Shown here: positions 13,228-23,400 of the stretch, in pieces
Layout of the letters: each line of letters opens with the position of its first letter
How positions within the stretch are numbered: position 1 is the stretch's first letter
Assembly: GCA_973895155.1 (NCBI GenBank)
Contig: OZ316894.1
Location: 8,394,234 to 8,458,233, forward strand
DNA from: Marsupella aquatica
Taxonomy: Eukaryota; Plantae; Marchantiophyta
Direction of reading: 5' to 3'
Length of the DNA stretch: 64,000 nucleotides
Position numbers and translations under genes: made by a program
The notes under the pieces: generated by a model
The model's input: the letters and a program-made list of their open reading frames with translations, nothing else
Databases searched by the model: none
What the model was told of the DNA's origin: nothing

Positions 13228-15760
13228 TGTTGAGGATAATCCTTATCCCGAAACACCATGCACATGTAAACATCATACAAAGTAATCGACACAACGAATA
13301 CGTGGTTCACCTCTCAACTAAGGCTATGTCCACGGGAAAGCAAGAGACCTTTACTTCTCTCTTGCTCCACTCCAACAATGTACTAAAGCATGCATGCATC
13401 ACTGCTAACCTAAGCTAAGTCCTAACCTGAGTTAGATTAACTACGGTTAGCCCTAGAGTCACAAGACTAAAAGCAATACTCAATAAAACTCCCCCTTGAC
13501 TCTAGTCTTGGGAACTGGACTAATTGCTACCATATAGTATCCTCAGCGGGAAATCCTAGAAAATCACCTAAATAGGTCTCTCCCTAAAAACCACCATGGG
13601 TTAACTAAGGGTTAACTAGAATTAAACCGTAGCCTAACAGGATCGAGGAATCCATATACAATAAATCACAAAACTGCTAAGTAGCTCTACTTGTGCTTCA
13701 ATTGCAAAACCTACAAAGTGGCACGGTGTCTTGAGCAACTCTTCAAAGGAATCACTTTGGTAAAAGCGTCAACCGGGTTGAGTTTATCGTCAATCTTGAC
13801 TAGCTCAAACTGATTATGATACACACCCTGCCTTATTATCAAACACACCCTTCATTGGAATTGCGATTCAATTGGTGTGCCGCATTGCTAACTTCAGTGG
13901 CTACGACCTCTCCAAAAAAGATCCCAAAAAATTACTGTTCGGACCTCCGAATTTCCGACTAACGGCCAAAAACATGCTTTTTGTTTTTGTGGAATATTCC
14001 TTGCACAATACAGCAGGGCTCATAGGGGGCCGTTCCCCTTGTCAAAGTGGAGGGTCACGGGCTCGGGACAACCAATTGAAAAAAGCTAAGGAAAAAACTA
14101 AAAATTTGGCCCTTAAAGGGGTCTTAAGCCCCTTAACCAAAAAACGTGTGATACGCGTATGCGCAATGCGTATGGCATATACGGCATCAAGGCGGGTACA
14201 ACGTGCAACCAGGGCGGGTACAATCGTATGGCCAGGGCCGATCACAGCGTCGGGAGTAAAAGGGGCATGGGGTGGGTAAAGGATAGCCGCTACGCATATC
14301 GGGAATTGCAACTATTTCAGGCCTGCGCAGTGCACCCCGGAGGGGCGAGCAAATATAAAAGTAAGGCAGGGGTGAAACGGGCCTGCAAAGAGGGTGGCTA
14401 CCGACAGAAGGCCAGGACAAGGTCGGGCCGGATGTGGCTTTGTACCCGGGAGGGAGGGGATACGCGAGGGGAACAACGGGGGTAAGAGGCCGGCCGGGGG
14501 TGTGTGGTGTGTATTCACAAACCAAAAGTGCCCTAAACCCCCCTTTAATCCAAAAAATGACCCTAAACAAAAAAATGTTGATTACACACCTTAACAGCCG
14601 CCAATTACATGAGGAAAAAAGATGACCACCAACGGGAAATGTTGTCGAATTACACCGACTCAGTCTGCATGCTCTAGTAGAGAAAAAACTTTCATCGTGA
14701 TACACTCCCTCCGCGTCAAGTGCCAATCCCAAACTCAAAATGACCACTTTGTCGTGATCTCTCCGTTGAGCCCTAGCACTTTGCGTTTACAACTTTGAGT
14801 TGACCGTCACAACAAGTAACCCCTGGGCCCTCACTCTGTGTAAAAGAAGTGGACCCCCTGCAACCGGGCCCTTTTCCTGTTTACTTGTTATTTCCATTTT
14901 ACTATTAAAAGTTCACTTATTACCGGTAATAATTTTAATTATTAGTTCAAAAATAAAAATTACCCTTCGAGCGTTTGCACGTCCTCCACGTATTAGTTAA
15001 GACTGAGGGCCCAGGGCAAGTAACCCAGTTCTGGGAAAAAACAAGCACCATAGCTTGTCAAACAACCAGAACTCAACTCCTACTTGTCATGTCATACTCG
15101 CACAACAAACGCCAGCAAACCAAGTACTGAAATGACCAGCTCGCTTTAATCTTCAACTTGAGCTATAACTTGTGACGCCTCTTGCACCGCACAACTCACA
15201 CCGTTACAAAAAACAAACTCTGGTCTCTCCCACAAAAATACCGTCGAACACGAAACTCCACAGACAAACATTTTCTGCAAATACTCCTCACTTAGAAATC
15301 CGATCGATGATTTCTAACCGCCAATAGAAAGCCCTCTCAATGATCTATCCGATGAGCCACCACCTACAAGTTTTATGCAACAAAAGCTCTCGGGATCTTT
15401 AAATCGTCAACTACACAATAAATTCTTGTCACCACAGTGTCACCTCCCAGGCATGCTCTGATACCACTTGTTGGGGATAACCCTTATCCCGAAACACCAG
15501 GCACATGTAAACACCATACAAAGTAGTTGACACAGCGAGTACGTGGTTCACCTCTCCATTGAGGCTACGTCCACGGGAAAGAAAAAGACCTTTACTTCTC
15601 TCTTGCTCCACTCCAACAATGTACTAAAGATCCACCAGGGGCTAGCATCAGCCCTGGTTATATACAACATGCATCACTGCTAACCTAAGCTAAGTCCTAA
15701 CCTGAGTTAGCCTAACTACAATTAGCCCTAGAGTCACAAGACTAAGAGCAATACTCAACA
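13228..15760 (-). mobile_element. Non-autonomous, internally deleted Ty1/copia element
   Basis: LTRs 13228-13485 and 15469-15760. tRNA-iMet PBS (rc TGGTATCAGAGCA) at 15454-15466, PPT rc at 13486-13496, TSD ACGAC/ATGAC. Only an RNase H tail (~13690-13830, similar to 50460-50600) and the leader remain. Confidence 0.92.
14821..15016. mobile_element. 196-bp MITE nested in the deleted copia leader
   Basis: TIRs CCCTGGGCCCTCACTC / GACTGAGGGCCCAGGG; perfect 8-bp TSD CAAGTAAC. Confidence 0.9.
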
Positions 15761-17066
15761 ATGACTACCCCGTGATACGGTAAGAATTTGGACCCAAAGA
15801 CATAATCCATATTGTATTCAAGTCGCGGTTTGGGCAATGGCGGTCGCTTTTTGCGGTTCTCCCACATCATCTCCGTGGTTTCACCTATTTCTCCCACACA
15901 TTTCTTTGACCATGCAGGGGTGGCCTCCCGCACGGTCCAACAGTCACAAAAAAACTCATACAAGCAAACCTAATGATTACCCCACGATCGGTCAAATTTT
16001 GAATCCAAAAACATAATGCATATTGTCTTCAATTCACAATTTTGGCGGCGTTGGCTGTTTTTTTACGATTTCTCCCAAATATTTTTGTGGTTTCTCAGTC
16101 GACCATGCAAGGTCGATCGCACGGTCCAACCGTGCAATTTTCCTGGAGTCATGGTTGACAGTAGTCTTTCTGGAAAACACGGTTGCTCACTCCATGAAGG
16201 AAAAACTCGTTATAGTGCTTGTGATAAGAAAATCTGACAAAAAATACTGACAAGGGGCCTATTAGGTAAGAAAAGTTACCTAGGGGCCTATCAGGTAAGA
16301 AAGGTTCACCAGGGGGCCTATCAAGGATATATCTCCAACAGGCAAGGTCCATTGGAATTGGGATGGGCAGGGTACAAGACCCCGTACAAGACCCCAAAGA
16401 AGCTTGCATATAAGATAATGTCAGTCTGGTCTGGGATTACTAGCCTGTAACCCTGTGATCACAAAGTGAGGAAAATTGACTGACAATAACCAAGCTTTTC
16501 TAAGCTTTCTTGGAATTAGGTTCTAGCTAGAACCCTTGCCCAGACCTCCATTATGTATACGGTTAAGGACCAGGACTATCCCTCAATGGAATATAAAGGC
16601 GATCGTATATATGGTCGACCCGCATATGCGGGGAGACCGTATATATGGGAGACTGTTTATCCCATTAAGGGATTAGCCCAGGTCTTTACCTGTTCGTTAA
16701 GGTAGGAACATATCAAAGTTGAGTATTTTCATTTTTATGACAAGACTTAGTTTACCTGGATTTTGAATTTGCAATTGCTGTCCAAACATTCCGCACAAGC
16801 ATCTACCTCAGGACAAAAAGCAATCAGATCACAGACCACATAAATATATGATTATTTTTAATGAGATATAATCAAAGTCTTTTGTGCTAACATGGCAGCA
16901 GCCTAAAGCCCCAAAAAGCAAAAATACCACCCTGATGACCTTAACGGTATGTAATCACTGTCTAAAACAAAGTTACTTCTCCGCAAGACTGACACACATT
17001 ATGTGAATACTTAGATACTTGCATAAATGGGTAGACACGGGTAACATTCATTGAGATTACCAACTA

Positions 17067-18691
17067 CACTCTTTACAGTATTTAGTCTCACGAAACAATT
17101 AGTGTCACTAACAATTAGTGTCACTAACACTAATTAGGGGTATCCCTTGATTTTCAGCCAACTGACACTATTTACCGTCTTCTTCAATTTTGAAAAATAT
17201 ATATATTTAAAAATATTGATAATTAGAGATAACAATATAATTGGTGGTAACCCTAAACTAGACTCACTCCAAAGTTATCCAGACTTTCAATGACATCTCT
17301 GTGTGCATATGTTTTTAGAAAATTTCCTTTGTATTTTAGCTGGTCAGTCTTTGTGAAAGGAGAGTAATAGAGCGATAACATGGCGGGATATGGATTGCCC
17401 ATCATAGCTGGATTTGCTAGAGTAAGGGAAAGAGAATCAAGATTATGTCAACATGTCACTGGTAATTAATGTGCGTCTCCTTTGGCTTTTCCTTGCTGCA
17501 CTTCAAGACCCACAAAATGTTTTTAAGTGTATCGAAAGAGTCTGTTTTTTCCTGAAGCAACTTGTGAAATGTCTGTTCTGTACTTTACGTCTCATTATGA
17601 TGAGAATTCTCAACCCCGTTACCATCAGAAGCGTTTTACGATGCGCTTTCCAACGAGCCCAACATCGCCCATTTTTGTTTAGGATCAATGCATGGAGAAA
17701 TTTCCAAAGTCAGCTGTCTTCTCTGTGTATGCACATTTTTGGCAATTAGCGATGATTGACCTTTGATTTCTTCTTGATTATTAAATGCTAGGTGTCAATC
17801 CTGGTACCATTAGAAGCTCCTTGATATGTGCTTTCCAATGAACCCAACATTGCCCATTTTTGATTAGTATCAGTGCATGTAGATTTTTCCAAATTCTAAT
17901 GTTTCTGTGTGTATATACATTTTTGGCAATCAGCGGCGATCAACCTTTGATTTCTCCTTGATTATTGAATGATAGGTATCAATCCTGGTACCATTAGAAG
18001 CTCCTTGACATGTGCTTTCCAACGAGCCAAGCATCGCCCATTTTCGTTTAGGATCAATGCATGGAGATTTTTCCAAAGTTGACTGTTTTCTGTGTGTATT
18101 CACATTTTTGCAATCAAGACGATCGACCTTTGATTTCTCCTTGATTATTGAATGATAGGTGTCAATCCTGGTACCATTAGAAGCTCCTTGAGATGTGCTT
18201 TCCAACAAGCCCAGCATCGTCCATTTTCTATTAGGATCAATGCATGTAGAAATATCCGAAGTTGACTGTTTTCTGTGTGTATTCACACCTTCGTTACTGG
18301 ATGATAGTTGTTGATCCTGGTATCCTTAGAAGCTCTTGACATATGCTTTCCAATGAGCCCAACATCCCCTATTTTCATAGAGCAACACAACTGACATATA
18401 TGAATTCCAGAGTGGGCTTCAATGGGCGAGTTATAAGTTTCTGAAGTTTGCTCAGTAGTAAATTTTGTAAAGTGTAATCAAATATTGTGCACATTTTTCA
18501 TTTTTTTATAAGCAAATTTTGACTATAGTCTATTCTATTTTTTTAACTTAAGTGTACATGTGACACTATTTGACTTGTGACCACAATTAGTGTCATACCA
18601 TATTAGTGTCACACACCCTAATTACCGTCACTTACCTCAAATATAACCTCACAGTAATTAGAGTGTGTGAGACTAAATACTGTAAAGAGTG
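17067..18691. mobile_element. Non-autonomous TA-flanked DNA transposon with CACT termini and an internal satellite
   Basis: Perfect 25-bp TIR CACTCTTTACAGTATTTAGTCTCAC and AATTAGTGT subterminal motifs. Empty site CAACTA|ACTAAGTAGG visible in the next host repeat unit (~18852). Confidence 0.88.
17570..18380. repeat. ~183-bp tandem satellite (4-5 units) inside the transposon
   Basis: CTGGTACCATTAGAAGCTCCTTGA.ATGTGCTTTCCAA at 17801, 17985 and 18168, with diverged units at ~17618 and ~18317. Confidence 0.9.
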
Positions 18692-19304
18692 TGTAACTAA
18701 GTAGGAAGTGGTAATCTTCATTGAGATTACCCTCCATTATGGTATGTAATCACTGTCCAGAAAAAAGTTACTTCTCCGCAAGACATACAAAATGTGAATA
18801 CTTAGATACTTGCATAAATGGGTAGACACGGGTAACATTCATTGAGTTTACCAACTAACTAAGTAGGAAGTGGTAATCTTCACTGAGATTACCCTCCATT
18901 ATGGTATGTAATCACTGTCCCAAAAAAAGTTACTTCTCTGCAAGACACACATCATGTGAATACTTAGATACTTGCATAAATGGGTAGACACGGGTAACAT
19001 TCATTGAGATTACCAACTTTACATAACTGTTGATGATCTAACACATTTTCTTTTGATAAAATAGGATTAAGGTCATATGGTCCCCGGTCATGAGGTATAG
19101 GGCAGCATAGGTCATAACTCACACCTTATGTCTTTGATTGTACTTTTATGCCCTGTGTTGAATTCTGATTAACCCACCAAGCCTAACACACTATTTCACT
19201 CCTGCTGGTAGCGCTCACATGTGCACAACATGGTACACTGTGTAATGCAACATTAAAATAAACATCTAGAGAGGTACCACTAGGCCAGCACCATAATATC
19301 AACA

Positions 19305-19878
19305 GCTTTTTACTAAGCTGTCCCCCAAATCACCCGAATTTACTGACTTGCCCCTGAAACAAATTTACTTATCACCTTGCCCCCCATTTTGTATGTGGGT
19401 TAACTTTTGACTCACGATCGGGTTTAGGGTGTAACATGGCAAGTCGCCATTAGGCTGAGCTTAACTCGATCATTGGGCTCTCCTTTAGCCCCCCATCCCT
19501 TCTCCCCTGCCCAACACCATCACAGGCCCGGGAGGACTTAAAACGCGACCCCGCTAAAGAGTCACCCTTCCATGCCGTCCAGCCCAAAAACGACTCGCTG
19601 CCTCCTGAGGGTCACTTTTGGAGGGGCGACCAGTTTTTGGGAGGGACGACCGGGAGGGGGAAGGCCTGCAATGGTTTTGGGCAGGGGAGAAGGGAAGGGG
19701 GGCTAAAGGAGAGCCTGACAAGTTAAGCTCAACCTATGGCGACTCGCCATGTTACACCCTAAACCCAATTGTGAGTTAAAAGTTAACCCACATACGAAAT
19801 GGAGGGCAAGGTTATAAATAAATTTGTTTCAGGGGCGCGTGAGTAAATTCGGGTGATTTGGGGGGGTTAGTAAAAAGC
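19305..19878. mobile_element. Foldback element with ~225-bp inverted arms upstream of SART-1
   Basis: 19305-~19530 is the imperfect reverse complement of ~19660-19878. Confidence 0.88.
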
Positions 19879-20249
19879 ATGGCCGTCAAGCAAGGTCATC
19901 CAGAGAGGTACCAGTAGTAGGCAAGCACCATAATATTCAATGCATGATCTTCAAGCAAGGTTAACGGCGACGCGAAAAAGTTTGGTGGACGGGGCCAGGC
20001 TCCAGCCTGCGGCTCGGCCCCAGCCTCGACGGACCTCCCCCGCCCATAGGCCCGGCCTCCCGCGATCCTTCCGCTCCGCAGCCTCCCGTCCGCAGCCTCC
20101 ACTCCCTCCCGTCCGCACTCCCGTCCGAAGGCTCCCGTCCGCATTCCACTCCGCTCCCGTAGAGAATTGAGGACCTCGTTCTATCCTTCCCGTCTCCTCC
20201 TCCTCCAGTTTCTCTCCTTCTGCTTGTGCATCCACTCCTCGATCTCACC

Positions 20250-20287
20250 TTCTCCTCTCCTCTCCTCTCCTCTCCTCTCCTCTCCTC
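20250..20287 (+). repeat. (TCTCC)n microsatellite in the probable SART-1 5' UTR
   Basis: Direct pentamer run. Confidence 0.85.
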
Positions 20288-20470
20288 GATTCCTTTTCGC
20301 GACTCCTCTCGTGGACTTGGATCGTCTCGTCGGCCCTGTACTGTAGAGAGATTCTAGAAGTCATCTCCCACTCGTGAAAATTGTTTGTGGCTTTCAAAGT
20401 ATCTGCGCCATCAACAGGAAGACGTTGTACGGGGGAATCGATTCGGGTTTTGACACAGTGGCACTTCAGA

Positions 20471-23400
20471 ATGCGGGAGGAACGCCACAAAGCAAGTGCG
20501 GAGCAAAGGGCTTCTGCAAAGAAAGCTGATGCGGATGATGATAGCAGCGCGTGGGGGAACAAGAGTAGAAAGACTGAGCAAAAGAAGAAGGTTGATGATA
20601 GACAGAAAGCACCAAGAACGGGTAAGGAGCACCAGAAATTGCGAGCACGGGAGAAGGAACGTGATGGTAGGGAGAGAGACCGAGACCATGACCGAGATAG
20701 TAAGCATAGTAACAGTAAGCATAAAGATTGGCCGGAGAGGGATAGAGAGAGAGAAACGGAGAAAGAGCACGAGGCTGAAAAGGGGGAGAAAGAGAAGAAG
20801 AGGGATGATCGAGACAGGCCGTCGAAAGAATCTCATGGATCTCGTCCTTCGGCATCCCAACTGGAAGAACGCATTTCCAGGTACGTGGCATGAGTTTTCT
20901 TGTTCTACCTGCATTTCAGGTCTTGGAATTCAAATGTAGTAGTTCCCATTAAACGGCTCTGCGATGTTTGTTCAGTCTCGAATTGTGGTTGTCAACTCTG
21001 AACTGTACCTTTGAGGGCACTTCAGCAATTTAGAACATCTTTAGGCGTATTTTGGTAGTTTTCTTACATTAAATGTCTAAACCCTAAAATTTGACAAAAT
21101 CTCAAAGACTGCGTTCCAGAAATATACAATTGAACACTCAAATTTAAGGAAGAAGAATTGTAGGTCAAATATGTCAACTCTGGTACGTATAGACTGCCGT
21201 TTGGTGAAGGTCCAATCTGTGCATTAAATATATACATATAGTTTTTTTCTGCTTCGATGTAGGTTTTGTGTTAGTCATGGGGTAGAGTGATTCTAGACGT
21301 TATCTACCACTCGTGAAAAATGTTCGTGCCTTTCAAAGTATCTTCATGATCAACAGGAAAACGTTGTACCGGGGAATCGATTCGGGTTTTGACACAAGGG
21401 GGACTGCAGAATGCGGGAGGAACGCCACAAAGCAAGTGCCGAGCAAAGAGCTTCTGCAAAGAAAGCTGATGCGGATAATGATATCAGCGCGTGGGTGAAC
21501 AAGAGTAGAAAGATTGAGCAAAAGAAGAAGGTTGATGACAGACAGAAAGCAGCAAGAATGGCTAAGATCCTGTCTGAACAGGTATGAAATTGGAGCGCTA
21601 TTCTTCTCAAGCCGCATTTGGAAATTATTGTTTTAAGTCTGCAGTTGAGACTAGATCGCAAACTTGGGTGCCATTTCTGATTTACAGTAATAAAGGCTCT
21701 GAATTTGATCTTCCTTTTGTCTGGCATCTGAGTAGGACAATGAAGAAGATGACGACAACAGCGGTGACGAGCTGAATAACAGTGCTTATGGAGCAAGTAA
21801 GGCCTTGATAATCTTACTGTTCAACATTTTAAGTTCCCAAGGCGATGTTATGTCGATGCTTTCCTTTGAATTTCATCTGAACGGCCGTGGGTGATGATTT
21901 TCCTTCACAAGTACCAGAAATGTTTCCTGAGTGTCGTTCTTTTCGTCTGTAATATGCAGAGGACCTAGCTGGACTGAAAATCAAGCATGGATTTGACAAG
22001 GTGATGGAGGGGCATGCGGTTGTTCTCACATTGAAAGACACCAATGTTTTGGATGGGGATGACGTCAATCTAGGTTCGTTTTGAACGCTACAGAGTATGG
22101 ACTTGTTTGAGTCTCTTACATGCAGCATTGGCCTGTGTCCACTTATTTGTGATTGGTTTGTCTGTTGCGGAAGTTCCCCTATGTCAATTATGTGGATTTT
22201 TTGCTCGCGAAAATATTGACACAGTTGTCGTGTTTGAATTCAGCTGGTGATGAGTTGGAAAGCATTGAGATGGCTGAACAACAGGCACGCGAAGATGCTT
22301 ACAAGGCGGCCAAGAAGAAACCAGGATCCTACGAAGACAAGTATGCCACTCTACAAGTCAACTCTGTTTAATGGCTTTTACATTGTATTTTGGGCCTACC
22401 TGTGGGAGGGTGGGATGGGGAGGGAGGGAGGGTTTTATGTTTATGGTATCTTCTTGCTGTGAGGCTTCTCAGGTTTGTCCTGGGCTCTTGGTGCCATCAC
22501 TTGATCAAACAAGTGTATCATTGGACCTGCTGTGGTTAGGACGTTTTGTCCTCTTCAAATCTTTCATTCCTTTGTCTCTTGAGCTGCCGGAGCCTGTCAA
22601 ATTTTACTCTTCTGGCTTTCCTTGGTTGTGTTTGTGTCAGTGTTCTCCTCGGGATTTTGATCTTGTTCCTTGGATGTCGTAAACCTCGACATTGAACATT
22701 GAATGTCTTGTTACTGACAATCGGGTCGTTATTACAGATTCGGCAATGATATGAATGCTCTTGTGACGAGGACAATATTGCCACAATACGATGATGCCGT
22801 GAAGGACGAGGTGAAATATAATCAGATGTGACGAATTTTCATCATTTGTTGTTTCTGTCTCAGCAGTGCATTGGTTCTTTGCTTTGAAATGACTACAATG
22901 TGTACCGAAGTCATGATTCTTGTTTAAGAGCATGTAAGTGGGTACACGAAGCTTCTTTACTGGTTTTAGCCTCTGTTAAGACGTTTTTGTTATTTATTTT
23001 GAAACTTTTAGGGAATGATTCTTGATGCAAACGGAGGCTTGAGTGAGGAGAGCAGGAAGAAACTTGACGAGGTGAGCCTGTCTCAGTCTTTCAGTTTATA
23101 TGCGCTGCTTTGGATGTGAGCCTGCTACTGTTCTTACACTGGTTTCAATCCCGAAGAAATCAGAGGCTTAAGAGAATAAGTTTTTTCTGTGTCAGGTTCG
23201 CTTAAGGCTGGAGAGCTCTTCCGCGAAAGAAACCCTTAGTGACACTTTGGTGAAGCCTGTTTCGGATTACTTTACTGAAGAGGATATGTTGCAATTCAAG
23301 AAACCTAAGAAGAAGAAGAAGCTTCGCAGAAGAGAAAAAATAGACATTGATGAACTTGAAGCTGAGGCAGTTGCTGCAGGCTTGGGTAGTGGAGATCTTG

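Larger units (their letters stand above)
16946..19017. repeat. ~162-bp tandem repeat (3 units), first unit split by a DNA transposon
   Basis: GGTATGTAATCACTGTC...GTAACATTCATTGAG.TTACCAACT starts at 16946, 18741 and 18903. Confidence 0.85.

Noticed and set aside
13872-14747. Several overlapping ORFs of 60-186 aa
   Set aside because: No recognisable domain; they are a by-product of the GC-rich leader segment.
13228-15760. Cassandra-type TRIM (5S rRNA in LTR) or retrozyme (hammerhead)
   Set aside because: I saw no 5S boxes or CTGANGA…GAAA hammerhead core in the LTRs; copia RNase H remnants are present instead.
16946-19017. CRISPR-like array
   Set aside because: Units are whole tandem repeats without unique spacers, there are no cas genes, and the context is eukaryotic.
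20245-20939. Antisense and alternative-frame ORFs over SART-1 exon 1
   Set aside because: Shadows of low-complexity, purine-rich coding sequence.
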